A stretch of 48,145 nt of DNA, filler included, from Leucoraja erinacea (GCF_028641065.1; 2 parts of 2 records of this genome joined end to end with filler, not necessarily neighbours in it), one strand, 5' to 3'. Positions 1 to 12,800 are shown, counted from the whole stretch's first letter. Notes: generated by a model not told the origin, from the sequence alone. Numbers and translations are program-made.

Positions 1-230
1 CCCTGAACTGGATTGCGCTTCGATGGAAAGAATAGTCGGTGTATGGAGCAAGCTGCCAGAGGTCGTTGAGGCTGGGATTATCCCATCGTTTAAGAAGCAG
101 TTGGACAGGTACATGGATAGGACAGGTTTTGTGGGATATTGACCAGGCGCAGGCAGGTGGGACTAGTGTAGCTGGGACATTGTTGGCCGGTGTGGGCAAT
201 AGACAATAGACAATATGTGCAGGAGGAGGC

Positions 231-2596
231 CTGGATATGTGAAAAGAAAGAGATTAGTTAAAACAAATGTAGGTCCCTTGCAGTCAGAAACAGGCAAGTT
301 GATCATGGGGAACAGCAAGTTGATGCCATAATAACCATGAATGTTTTTTTCCCCCCCAGAGCCTTTATTGAATTGAATTGTTTGTAAGTTCCATGAAGGT
401 AATTAAATTTGTTGTTGAATTGGTGAATCCAGCAAGGCGTAGATCCGTCTGTCTTCTTTCAAAAGCCTCAACTTTCCAATAACACTCATCCCCTTTGGAA
501 AGTTAATTTCACCCTTGTTAACAAATGTTAAAAGGGTTTGGTGCAAAACAAATCCTTCTCACCTTAAAGCCATGCACACTAGCATTTGCATTTCTATCCT
601 GAGAAAATTACTCTGACTCTCTTCTCTATCTAAACCCTTCAGAATTGTATGCTCTGTCAGATCACCCCTCAGTCTTCGATACTATAGAGTAAACCATGGA
701 GTAAACATTATAGAATAACTCGATGTTTGGCACCCGATCAAATCAAAGATTCAAGATGCTTGGTCCCAGGCTAGATGCAGGAAGATTGTTCCCGATGTTG
801 GGGAAGTCCAGGACAAGGGGTCACAGCTTAAGGATAAGGGGGAAATCCTTTAAAACCGAGATGAGAACTTTTTTCACACAAAGAGTGGTGAATCTCTGGA
901 ACTCTCTGCCACAGAGGGTAGTTGAGGCCAGTTCATTGGCTATATTTAAGAGGGAGTTAGATGTGGCCCTTGTGGCCAGGGGGATCAGAGGGTATGGAGA
1001 GAAGGCAGGTACGGGATACTGAGTTGGATGATCAGCCATGATCATATTAAATGGCGGTGCAGGCTCGAAGGGCCGAATGGCCTACTCCTGCACCTAATTT
1101 CTATGTTTCTATGTTTCTATGAACAAGGATATGGCGGACCAATTGAATAACTACTTTGGTTCCGTCTTCACAAAGGAAGACATAAATAATCTGCCAGAAA
1201 TAGCAGGGACCGCGGGTCAAAGGAGTTGGTGGAATTGAGTGAAATCCAGGTTAGTCGTGAAGTGGTGTTAGGTAAATTGAATGGATTAAAGGCCGATAAA
1301 TCCCCAGGGCCAGATAGGCTGCATCCCAGAGTACTTAAGGAAGTAGCTCCAGAAATAGTGGATGCATTAGTAATAATCTTTCAAAACTCTTCAGATTCTG
1401 GAGTAGTTCCTGAGGATTGGAGGGTAGCAAACGTAGCCCCACTTTTTAAGGAGAGAGAAAGGGGGAATTACAGACCCGTTAGTCTAACATCGGTAGTGGG
1501 GAAACTGCTAGTTATTAAAGATGGGATAGCAGCACATTTGGAAAGTGGTGAAATCATTGGACAAAGTCAGCATGGATTTACGAAAGGTAAATCATGTCTG
1601 ACGAATCTTATAAAAATTTTCGAGGATGTAACTAGTAGCGTGGATAGGGGAGAACCAGTGGATGTGATGTATCTGGACTTCCAGAAGGCTTTCGACAAGG
1701 TCCCACATAAGAGATTAATATATAAACGTAAAGCACACGGCATTGAGGGTTCAGTATTGATGTGGATAGAGAACTGTCTGGCAAACAGGAAGCAATGAGT
1801 AGGAGTAAACGGGTCCTTTTCACAATGGCAGGCAGTGACTAGTGGGGTATGGCAAGGCTCAGTGCTGGGACCCCAGCTATTTGCAATATATATTAATGAT
1901 CTGGATGAGGGATTTGAAGGCAATATCTCCAAGTTTGCGGATGACACTAAGCTGGGGGGCAGTGTTATCTGTGAGGAGGATGCTAGGAGACTGCAAGGTG
2001 ACTTGGATAGGCTGGGTGAGTGGGCAAATGTTTGGCAGATGCAGTATAATGTGGATAAATGTGAGGTTATCCATTTTGGTGGCAAAGAAAGCGAATGGTA
2101 TGTTGGCTTTCATAGCAAAAGGATTTGAGTACCTGGGATGTCAGGACTGCCTTATGAAGAAAGATTGGATAGACTTGGTTTATACTCTCTAGAATTTAGG
2201 AGATTGAGAGGGGATCTTATAGAAACTTACAAAATTCTTAAGGGGTTGGACAGGCTAGATGCAGGAAGATTGTTCCCGATGTTGGGGAAGTCCAGGACAA
2301 GGGGTCACAGTTTAAGGATAAGGAGGAAATCCTTGAAAACCGAGATGAGAAGAACTTTTTTCCACAGAGAGTGGTGAATCTATGGAACTCTCTGTCACAG
2401 AGGGCAGTTTAGGCCGGTTCATTGGCTATATTTAAGAGGGGGTTAGATGTGGCCTTTGTGGCTAAGGGGATCAGAGGGTATGGAGAGAAGGCAGGTACGG
2501 GATACTGAGTTGGATGATCAGCCTTGATCATATTGAATGGTGGTTCAGGCTCGAAGGGCCGAATGGCCTACTCCTGCACCTAATTTCTATGTTTCT
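231..2596 (+). mobile_element. CR1/HER1-type LINE, 5'-truncated and degenerate, with a nested insertion (~310-1120)
   Basis: RT motifs YLDFQKAFDKVPH, QGSVLGP and FADDTKLGG, with a (tttctatg)n tail; absent from the paralogous site near 17782. Confidence 0.9.
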
Positions 2597-2995
2597 ATTC
2601 GGCCCTTCAAGCCAGCACCGCCATTCACTGTGATCATGGCTGATCATTCACAACCAGTACCCCGATCCTGCCTTCTCCCCATATCCATTGACTCCGTTAT
2701 CTTTAAATCTCTATCTAACTCTCTCTTGAAAGCATCCAGAGAACCGGCCTCCACTGCCTTATGACGATGAGAATTCCACAGATTCACAACTCTCTGGGTG
2801 AAAATGTGTTTTCTCATCTCAGTCCTAAATGGCTTACCCGTTATTCTTAAAATGTGTCCCATGGTTCCTCCATATATAATTAATTTCTGTGCCTATATCT
2901 GAACTGACAAAGCTCGGCTGTTCAGGCGTGTGGTGGCCGGTGTTGAGAATGTCTGTTAGAACAGTAAAGACAATGTTAAGGTAACGCAAACTTAC

Positions 2996-3328
2996 GTGTG
3001 ACCGTGACATCTGTGCCGTGACCATTATATATTTCCCCTGTGAAAACACTCACTCGGCAGTAATACCTTCCTGTATCGATCATTTTGAGGTCAGTGATTT
3101 CGATGGATACTTTTAGAATTCCCTTTGAATTATTTGTCAGAACGCGACCATAATAGTCGCCGCTCGTGTTGGAAACGGCACGAGTTTCCACGTCTTTGTA
3201 CCAACTAATGGTCCTAATTAAACTGCTTGTGTCGCCAACAACTGCACAGTTTAGCCGCACAGTCCCGCCTTCAGTAACTGTGATCTGCTTCGGTGATTGT
3301 ATGATCGATTCATCGGATCCAACAGCAC
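2996..3328 (-). pseudogene. Ig V-set VJ-type exon V1 (NKp30/NCR3-like); open frame but splice acceptor mutated
   Basis: Translation AVGSDESIIQSPKQITVTEGGTVRLNC...WYKD...DTGRYYC...GHGTDVTVT has the canonical Cys/Trp/YxC and a J-like GxG. 333 nt, with a phase-1 donor C|GTAAGT (intron 2990-2995). The acceptor reads tttcAT where paralogs have tttcAG (position 3329). Confidence 0.85.
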
Positions 3329-3654
3329 ATGAAACCAGAAAGAATATTATAGTCTCGGCGCTGGCCTTTCGGCCCACCCCGTCAATGCCATCCATTACAC
3401 CTATCTACACAATCCCATTTACTCGCGTTAGGATCATGGCCTTTCTATGTCTCAGCGTTTCAAGTGCTTGGCGAGACGATTCTTAAATGTCGTGAGACAA
3501 CCCGGGCTCGATCCTGACCCCGGGTGCTGTCTGTCTGTGTGGAGTTTGCACGTTCTCCATTATATTGCCTGCGTTTCCCCTGGGCGTTCTTGCTTCCTCT
3601 CTCAACCCAAGGACGCGCGTCCTGACAGGCAATTAACATCCCTAAACAACTCCT

Positions 3655-4078
3655 AGCATCCATCCAGCCAACTGAGACAAAAGCACACTGGATAGCCACC
3701 AAGTGGTCACAGGAGTGGAAGGCAACCTCATCTCCATTACACAGCTCCATCTGTTCACCAGATAAAACCTGTCCAGGGTCTGACCTCCCCAGAGGAGCAT
3801 GGGTGAAGCTCAACAGACTTGGTACTGGAGTTGGGTGTTTCAATGCCAGCATGTGGAGATGGGGGCTCCGCCAGAGCCCAGCCTGTGAATGTGGAGCAGA
3901 ACAACAGGCAGCCAACCATGTCATCTCTGGGTGCCCGCTCTCCCACCCACCAAATGGAGCTGTGTCAGGGCCTGGCAGACATTGACGCCAAGAGACAACA
4001 ACCTGGCTGCTCAACACCCGGCTTGAGATCTAACTATTCCTTTAGTTTATTTATGTTTCATTCGCAAGAAGAAGAAGT
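3655..4078 (+). mobile_element. RTE-type LINE 3' fragment inserted in an old SINE
   Basis: LNRLGTGVGCFNASMWRWG...CECG...ANHVI C-terminal zinc-knuckle-like motif and (gaa)n tail; a partial paralogous copy lies at ~18280-18475. Confidence 0.6.
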
Positions 4079-4239
4079 ACAGCTGTAAATCATCCCTGGT
4101 TTATGGAGGAGTCGGAGTGACTGGAGCGTGAATGTGAATTTAGAGGGAACTGGTTTGCTGTTCGATGGGAAAAAATGGCTTCTTGCCTCGTTCTAGAAAT
4201 GGGGATTTCGCCCACAATGGACATTAATCACTTTGGTTT

Positions 4240-4539
4240 AGTTTAGTTTAGAGATACAGAGCGGATACAGGCCCTTCGGCCCACCGAGTCCGCTGCGATC
4301 AACGATCCCAGCAAAATAATGCTATTCTACACACACTAGGGACAATTTAATTTTTTACCGAGGCCAATTAGCCTACAAACCAGTACGTCTTTGGAGTGTG
4401 GGAGGAAAACGGAGCTCCCGGTGAAACCCCACGCAGGGGGAACGTAAACTCCGTACAGACAGAACCCGTAGTCAGGATCGAACCCGGGGTCCCTGGCGCT
4501 GTAAGGCAGCAACTCTACCGCCGCGCCACCGTGTTGCCC
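4240..4539 (-). mobile_element. HE1-like tRNA-derived V-SINE
   Basis: A box TGGCGCGGCGG, B box GGTTCGATCC, central V-domain and CR1-derived tail. Further copies at ~12800-13091, 31000-31500, 37500-37742, 44925-45065 and 46040-46150. Confidence 0.8.
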
Positions 4540-4976
4540 CTCTCTCCAGCTTTCCTGAACCCACTGTACTTTCCTTACAGTTCCTCCATCTTCCCCGCCA
4601 GGTTATGGTCATATGTTTGTTATTCCGATTTTGTGCTTCAACATTCATGGATGTTACAGCGTCGAAAGCGACCATGAAATCGGCACGGATTATATCAAAT
4701 GATGCACCGATTCTCTCTTCATCCCGTACACTGATGCACAGTCTCTAGCCCAGAGTAGGGGAATCGAGGACCAGAGGACACAGGTTCAAGGTGAAGGGGG
4801 AAAGATTCAGTAGGAATCCGATGGGTATTTTTTTCGCACAGAGGGCGCTCGATTTATGGAACAAGCTGCCAGAGGAGGTAGTTGAGGCTGGGACTATCCC
4901 ATCGTTTAAGAAGCAGTTGGACAGGTACATGGATAGGACAGGTTTGGAGGGATATGGACCAGGCGCTGGCAGTTGG

Positions 4977-5217
4977 GACTAGTGTAGATGGGACATTGTT
5001 GGCCGGTGTGGGCAAGTTGGGCCGAAGGGCCTGTTTCCACACTGTATCACTCTGTGACTAGTGTAGATGGGACATTGTTGGCCGGTGTGGGCAAGTTGGG
5101 CCGAAGGGCCTGTTTCCACACTGTATCACTCTGTGACTAGTGTAGATGGGACATTGTTGGCCGGTGTGGGCAAGTTGGGCCGAAGGGCCTGTTTCCACAC
5201 TGTATCACTCTGTGACT
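4977..5217 (+). repeat. Tandem triplication (~78-bp unit) of a LINE 3' UTR
   Basis: gactagtgtagatgggacattgttgg...tatcactctgt occurs three times. Confidence 0.9.
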
Positions 5218-5627
5218 GATCTTGCACATTGTAATTTAAAAAAGAGAAACATAGAAAAATAGGTGCAGAAGTAGGCCATTCGGCCCTTCCAGCCAGCACC
5301 GCCATTCAATATGATCATCTGAAATCAGTACCCCGTTCCTGCATTCTCCCCGTATCTCTTGATTCCGTTAGCCCTAAGAGCTAAATCTAACTCCCTCTTT
5401 AAAGCATCCACTGCCTTCTGTGGCAGAGAATTCCACAGATTCACAACTCTCTGGGTGAAAAGATGTTTCCTCGTCTCCGTTCTAAATGGCCTCCCCCTTA
5501 TTTTCAAACTGTGTCCCCTGGTTCCTAAATCTGATCTGACAACGTTTCGTTGTTGAGACGTGCGGTGGCCGGTGTTAAGGATGTTTTTGAGAACAGTAAA
5601 GACAAAGTTAAGATAACGCAAACTTAC

Positions 5628-5957
5628 GTGTGACTGTGACATCTGTGCCGTGACCATTATATATTTCCCCTGTGAAAACACGCACTCGGCAGTAATACCT
5701 TCCTGTCTCGTTCATTTTGAGGTCAGTGATTTCGATGGACACTTTTAGAATCCCCGGTGAAATACTTGTCCGAACGCGACCATAATAGTCGCCGCTCGTG
5801 TTGGAAACGGCCCGAGTTTCCACGTCTTTGTACCAACTAAAGGCCACAATTATATTCGGGTTCCCAACAAATGCACAGTTTAGCCGCACAGTCCCGCCTT
5901 CAGTAACTGTGATCTGTTTCGGTGATTGTATGATCGATTCATCGGATCCAACAGCAC
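5628..5957 (-). CDS. Ig V-set VJ-type exon V2 (NKp30/NCR3-like), intact
   Basis: 330 nt, open, phase 1-1; acceptor ctggtttcAG (5958-5960) and donor GTAAGT (5622-5627). Encodes ...LNCAFVGNPNIIVAFSWYKDVETRAVSNTSGDYYGRVRTSISPGILKVSIEITDLKMNETGRYYCRVRVFTGEIYNGHGTDVTVT. Confidence 0.85.
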
Positions 5958-5978
5958 CTGAAACCAGAAATAATATTT

Positions 5979-6430
5979 CTCCTGCATTGTCAGAGTGAGG
6001 CTAAATGCAAATTGGAGGAGCAGCATCTCATATTTGGTTTGGGCAGTTTACACCCCAGTGGTATGAATATTGATTTCTCTCACTTCAAGTAATTCCGGCA
6101 TCCTCTCTCTCTCTATCCCCCAACCCCCACCCAAGTCGCACCAGCTTCTCGTTATCACCCAACACACAGCGAACAATGGCCTGTTTCCTTTATCATGGTT
6201 ACTTTTCTCAGACAATCATGACAATAAAACTCATTTGAATCTTGACTGCTGACACCCTTTGCATATATGTCATTCATTATATCTCTCTATATCATCGCCT
6301 ATATCTCTCGTTTCCCTTATCCCTAACCAGTCTGAAGAAGGGTCTCGACCCAAAACGTCACACATTCCTTCTCTCCAGAGATGCTGCCCGTCCCGCTGAG
6401 TTTCTCCAGTTTTTGTGTCTGCAGTTCCAT
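5979..6430 (+). mobile_element. Penelope-like element fragment
   Basis: GIY-YIG C-terminal remnant plus a pLTR-type end; 5979-6107 matches 19838-19965. Confidence 0.75.
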
Positions 6431-6511
6431 CCGACACACAAAGGCAAGTGGAGTCGGATTAAGAATGTTTTTTAGAACAGTAAAGATAAAGTTAAGGTTC
6501 TGCAAACTTAC

Positions 6512-6840
6512 GTGTGACCGTGACATCCGTGCCGTGACCATGATATGTTTCCCCTGTGAAAACACTCACTCGGCAGTAATACCTTCCTGTATCGTTCATT
6601 TTGAGGTCAGTGATTTCGATGGATTCTTTTAGAATTCCCTGTGAATTATTTTTCAGAACGCGACCATAATAGTCGCCGCTCGTGTTGGAAACGGCACGAG
6701 TTTCCACGTCTTTGTACCAACTAATGAAATTGAACTGCCTGTGTCGCCAACAAATGCACAGTTTAGCCGCACAGTCCCGCCTTCAGTAACTGTGATCTGC
6801 TTCGGTGATTGTATGATCGATTCATCGGATCCAACAGCAC
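6512..6840 (-). pseudogene. Ig V-set VJ-type exon V3, frameshifted
   Basis: Splice sites are intact but the exon is 329 nt, 4 nt shorter than V1, with the indel near 6725 in the BC loop. The ORF track splits it into 6653-6907 and 6492-6707. Confidence 0.85.
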
Positions 6841-7722
6841 CTGAAACCAGAAAGAATATTATAGTCTCGGCGCTGGCCTTTCGGCCCACCCCGTCAATGC
6901 CATCCATTACACCTATCTACACAATCCCATTTACTCGCGTTAGGATCATGGCCTTTCTATGTCTCAGCGTTTCAAGTCCTTGGCGAGACGCCTCTTAATG
7001 TCGGGAGNNNNNNNNNNNNNNNNNNNNNNNNNNNNNNNNNNNNNNNNNNNNNNNNNNNNNNNNNNNNNNNNNNNNNNNNNNNNNNNNNNNNNNNNNNNNN
7101 NNNNNNNNNNNNNNNNNNNNNNNNNNNNNNNNNNNNNNNNNNNNNNNNNNNNNNNNNNNNNNNNNNNNNNNNNNNNNNNNNNNNNNNNNNNNNNNNNNNN
7201 NNNNNNNNNNNNNNNNNNNNNNNNNNNNNNNNNNNNNNNNNNNNNNNNNNNNNNNNNNNNNNNNNNNNNNNNNNNNNNNNNNNNNNNNNNNNNNNNNNNN
7301 NNNNNNNNNNNNNNNNNNNNNNNNNNNNNNNNNNNNNNNNNNNNNNNNNNNNNNNNNNNNNNNNNNNNNNNNNNNNNNNNNNNNNNNNNNNNNNNNNNNN
7401 NNNNNNNNNNNNNNNNNNNNNNNNNNNNNNNNNNNNNNNNNNNNNNNNNNNNNNNNNNNNNNNNNNNNNNNNNNNNNNNNNNNNNNNNNNNNNNNNNNNN
7501 NNNNNNNNNNNNNNNNNNNNNNNNNNNNNNNNNNNNNGAAAGAACCAAGCGACCACACTCCACTGCATCTTTGAACGACTACCTGTGGGCGGAAACAAAC
7601 ACAAAAACAGGTCAGGCAGCATCTGCGGAAGAAATGGGAAATCCGTCTGAAGAGAGGTCCAGACCCGAAACGTCGCCTGTCCATGTTCTCCAGAGATGCT
7701 TCTGACCCGCTGATCCATTTTG

Positions 7723-8207
7723 TCACGTTACAACCACAAACGCAAATGTATTTTATTGGGATTTTATGTGATAGACCAACACAAAGTGGCGCATAATTGT
7801 GAAGTGGAAGGAAAATGATACATGGTTTTCAATTTTTTTTACAATAAAAAACTGAAAAGTGTGGCGTGCAAAAGTATTCAGCCCCCTTTACTCTGATGCC
7901 CCTAAATAAAATCCAGTGCAACCAATTGCCTTTAGAAGTCACCTAATTAATAAATAAAATCCACTTGTGTGTAATCTAATCTCAGTATAAATACAGCTGT
8001 TCTGTGAAGGCCTCAGAGGTTTGTTAGAGAACATTAGTGAACAAACAGCATCATGAAGCCCAATGAACACACCAGACAGGTCAGGGATAAAGTTGTGGAG
8101 AAGTTTAAAGCAGGGTCAGGTTATAAAAAATATCCCAAGCTTTGAACATCTCACGGAGCACTGTTCAACCCATCATCGAAAATGGAAAGCGTATGGAACA
8201 TCTGCAA
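7723..8207 (+). mobile_element. Tc1-like (Passport-type) DNA transposon 5' fragment
   Basis: Inner direct repeat aaaagtattcagccccc; transposase start MKPNEHTRQVRDKVVEKFKAGSGYKK, frameshifted; interrupted by a BEL element. Confidence 0.8.
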
Positions 8208-11200
8208 TGTAACTGCCCCACATCGGCAGTTAGTTAAATTCTGAACCTCACGTTTTTTGGTTCCTACCTGTAATAGTGGCGTTCCTAAGGGCGGAATTAA
8301 ATTGCCAACTTAGTTTCCGTGGGGCACGGTTGTTGGCCACCTTGGAGGGCAGCAAAGAAAAAGGAAGCAACACAAAGGGGATACACGGCCAAAATAAGTT
8401 AAACGTTAAATAAGCAAGATCATAAAGAAAGACAGAAGCCATGGCTACGAAGAAACCAAGAAATACCTCTTAAGTAGTAAGCAGTGGACGAGTTCTCACG
8501 GGTTGGTTGGAGCCGAAAATAAACCCCGTATTTAACCACGACCTCAGGCCTCGTGTACTAATTGGGAGCTACAGTGAGAACTCGACTGCTCTGCATGAGT
8601 AGCCGAGGAGGACGTCACCAGACGGCAGCAGCCGAGAAGAGACGAACCATATCCATGCTGTGTGTGTATTTTCTACCACCACCTACGCTGAAACACAAGA
8701 AGAGCAAGCCCACAGGAAGGCCCAGGTGCCGCTAGTGTGAATATTGCTGCTAAGGAAAAACTCATGTTTTGCACAAGAGACTGATATATTATCTACATTT
8801 TCATTTAATAAGTTGATGTTGTTATTTTCTACAACTAAAGGACTTTAAGTGTTTTGCACAAGAGACTGAGATATAATGTGCATTTCATTTATGTTGTTTA
8901 CTTACATTTCCTTATTGAAGACCATTAATACTCACACTGTGTTGATATTGAGAATTAGTTTATTGATGGTTACACTGTAAACATCCTGTTAAAACAAGCA
9001 GTACTCATAGTAATTTAAAGGTGCATTTCTGTTACTTAACAAGTGTTTAATGCATATGTAACTTACCTGTGGAAGAGTTGATACCTTTATTTGTCTAATT
9101 ATCACTCAGAGTGATTTAAGTTGATAACACTATAACATTTATTTATTAATTAGGTACTTACTCAACATAAGAAAATATTAGATTTAAACCAAACTAAAGT
9201 AAACCAAGTAAAATGTCAGAGTTTGAGCTTTCCCCTGAAAGTGACAGAGAAGATGATGAAGGTGATGACACGAAACAGCACTGCCCAGACGCACAACCAC
9301 AAACGACCAAAGGCACTGGAGATGATATCCACACTTCCTCACAAGAGCCACAAAGAGGCCAAAGAGTCCACAAGCTAACGGAAAAGGGCCAAGAACTGCA
9401 CGATGAGCAAGTAAGAAAGGTTGCACACCGTTTCAGTGTGAGCTACGAGAAGTGGAAGGCTGTCATTAAGGATGCCAAAGGGGCGCTGAGTGGTCAATGC
9501 TCAAACAACCTGCTGAATGAACACATCACCAAGGTAAGCAATGCTTCAAAGAATCTGAACGCTGTTTATGAAGAGCTGAGACACATCGACATTCTAGATC
9601 ATGACACACGTCGCAGAGTAGACACCTGTGAATCAGTAACAACGAAGATAATCAAAACGGCAAGAGGTTATCTAAACACGGGAAAGAGTGAATGTCAAGT
9701 GGATGAAGAAAAAGGTGTTAAAGATACAGAATCTCTGTTCAATTCTGCAGACTCAGATAAGATGAGCATCAAATCTCACCGCACCAAATCATCCAGGTGA
9801 AGAAATGATATATTATCTGCGAGGGTATGTGGGTGGAGCTGCCAAGAAGGCCATAGAGAGATACTTTCTGCTAGGCACAGAGTCAGCCTATCATGCAGCG
9901 TGGACCAGCATGGACCATCCTAGAAGAGAGATTATGGCAATCCATTCCTCATCGCCAAAGCCTTCAGAGACAAGCTTGATTCATGGCCCAAGATACGCTC
10001 CAAAGGCAGTTTAGAACTTCAAGAACTCACTGACTTCCTTCGCATCTGTGAGGCCGCCATGTCTCAGATTAGAGGTCTTGAGGTACTCAATGACTGCAAC
10101 GAGAATCAGAAAATGCTTGCTAAACTTCCAGACTGGCTCACCTCAAGATGGAACAGGAAAGTCATAAAAGTGGAAGAACAAAGTCACAAGTTCCCAAGCT
10201 TCAGCCAATTCGTCAAGTTCCTCACACGTGAAGAAAAAATTGCTTGCAACCCGATAACGTCCCTCTACGCTCTAAAACCAAGTGAAGTTGAGAAGAGCAA
10301 GGCTTCAATGAACAGAGGTCTTGGAGCAAAGGTATTGGTAACAAACCCTGATGAGAAGGCTGTCGCCACAAGCTGTGTGTTCTGTGAGAGGGAAGGTCAC
10401 AGTCTACACAAGTGTTATAAATTCATGGATGAGACGGTCTCTGAGCGAGTCAAGTTTGTTCAAGAAAGGAAGTTGTGCTTTGGCTGTCTGAAGTCTGGCC
10501 ATCGCTCAAAGGAATGTGAAAACAGAATGATCTGCAATACATGTGAAAGGAGACATCCAACTTGCCTCCACGACAATCGCACCAAGGAAGGAAGGATGTT
10601 AACAAGGCCCTGATGAAGCAAGAGACCGTGAGCGGTCAACGGAAGGCAAGATGAACCGATCACCAGATAAGACAACAAGAACCTCACCTGAGGCAACATC
10701 CAATAGAGTCATCCAGCATGTCAAAGACACCCATACGTCCACCATCATCCCAGTGTGGGTGTCAGCCACAAGTGAGCCTAATCGTGAAGTTCTTGTGTAT
10801 GCACTTCTGGATACACAGAGTGACACAACCTTTCTCCTAGAAGACACTGCAAAAGCTCTACACGTGAAGAACAAACCAGTTCAGCTAAAGCTCTCCACAA
10901 TGGCTTCAAGAAACACAGTTGTGTCCTGTAGGAATCTGACTGGTCTACAAGTAAGAGGATTTTACTCAGACAAGATACTCCAGCTGCCAGTGACCTACAC
11001 AAGAGAATTCATACATTCAAACAGAGATAATATTCCCTCACCAGAGACTGCAAAGGCATGGCCTCATCTCGAACACATCGCAGATGACATAGCTCCACAT
11101 CAAAGCTGCAATGTTGCCTTACTAATTGGCTACAACTGTCCTCAAGCTCTCGTCCCAAGACAAGTTCTACCTGGTGAAGAAAATCAGCCCTTTGCACTGA

Positions 11201-11432
11201 GAACCGACTTGGGCTGGAGTGTAGTTGGCTATGGTTGGCCATGGCAACCTATGTCTCGATTATGGAGATGCTATTGGAGTGAGTCACCAGGTTATCGTGA
11301 AGCAAGTGATATCAGGTATTCAGTCCACTTCAAACCTCACAAGCGAAGTGCATTATGTCCGTAGAACACAGATCAAGGAAGTAGTCTCACCTGCAGCTGT
11401 CATCAAGGTGCTGGAAGCTGACTTTGTGGAAA
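8208..11432 (+). mobile_element. BEL/Pao LTR retrotransposon (5' LTR ~8208-8573, gag, protease), truncated
   Basis: TG...CA LTR candidate with AATAAA. Gag Cys/His motifs CFGCLKSGH..C..CNTCERRHPTCLH and protease ALLDTQSDTTF; multiple frameshifts. Confidence 0.85.
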
Positions 11433-12800
11433 GAATTTCAGAGTCAATTATTAAAGATGTAATAATGGGGCATTTGGATAGCAGTAAAAGGATTAGTCCA
11501 AGTCAACATGGATTTATGAAAGGGAAATCATGCTTGACTAATCTTCTGAATTTTTTGAGGATGTGACGTAAAATGGATGAAGGGGTGCCAGTGGATGTAG
11601 TGTATCTAGACTTTCAGAAAGCCTTTGATAAGGTCCCGCACGGGAGACTGGTGACTAAAATTAGAGCGCATGGTATTGGGGGTAGGGTGTTGACATGGAT
11701 AGAAAATTGGTTGGCAGACAGGAAGCAAAGAGGAGGAGTGAACGTGTCTTTTTCAGAATGGCAGGCAGTGGCGAGTGGAGTGCCACAAGGCTCGATGTTG
11801 GGGCTACAACTGTTTACCATATATATTAATGATTTGGAAGAGGGAATTAGGAGCAACACTAGCAAGTTTGCGGATGACACAAAGCTGGGTGGCAGCGTGA
11901 ACTGTGAAGAGGATGTTAGGAGGTTGCAGGGTGACCTGGACAGGTTGAGTGAGTGGGCAGATGCGTGGCAGATGCAGTATAATATAGATAATGTGGGGTT
12001 ATACACTTTGGCGGAAAAACAAGGGGGCAGATTATTATGTCAATGGGGTTAGGTTAGGTAAGGGGGAGGTACAGCGAGACCTGGGTGTCCTTGTACACCT
12101 GTCACTGAAAGTTGGCTTACAGGTACAGCAGGCAGTGAAGAAAGCTAATGGAATGTTAGCCTTCATTACAAGAGGATTTCAGTATAGGAGTAGAGAGGTT
12201 CTTCTGCAGTTGTATAGGGCTCTGGAAAGACCAAATCTGGAGTATTGTGTACAGTTTTGGTCTCCGAATTTGAGGAAGGACATCCTTGTGATTGAGGCAG
12301 TGCAGCATAGATTCACGAGATTGATCCCTGGGATGGCGGGACTGTCATATGAGGAAAGATTGAAAAGACTAGGCTTATATTCACTGGAGTTTAGAAGGAT
12401 GAGGGGGATCTTATAGAAACATATAAAATTATAAAAGGACTGGACAAGCTAGATGCAGGAAAAAAATTCCCAATGTTGGGCGAGTCCAGAACCAGGGGCC
12501 ACACAGTCTTAGAATAAAGGGGAGGCATTTAAGACTGAGGTGAGAAAAAAACGTTTTCACCCAGAGAGTTGTGAATTTTGTGGAATTACCTGCCACAGAG
12601 GGCAGTGGAGGCCAAATCACTGGATGGATTTAAGAGAGATTTAGATAGAGCTCTAGAGGCTAGTGGAGTCAAGGGATATGGGGATAAGGCAGGCACGGGT
12701 TATTGATTGGGGATGACGCTATGATCACAATGATGGGCTGGCTCGAAGGGTCGAATGGCCTTCTCCTGCACGTATTTTCTATGTTTATGTGTTTCTATGT
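11433..12800 (+). mobile_element. CR1/HER1-type LINE fragment
   Basis: RT motifs in ORFs 11573-12052 and 11991-12416, plus 3' tail. Confidence 0.9.

Noticed and set aside
2900-3000. RAG recombination signal sequences next to the V exons (Ig/TCR V segments)
   Set aside because: No CACAGTG-spacer-ACAAAAACC flanks any exon; the J-like motif and splice donor are already in the exon. Internal cacagt matches are coding sequence.
3329-3395. ORF-track N-terminus MDGIDGVGRKASAETIIFFLVS as a signal peptide (also at 6841-6907 and 20404-20470)
   Set aside because: It is intron: a decayed LINE/SINE tail plus the polypyrimidine tract before the acceptor.
4440-4539. tRNA gene
   Set aside because: The A/B boxes belong to the SINE head, are followed by the V-domain and LINE tail, and do not form a full cloverleaf.
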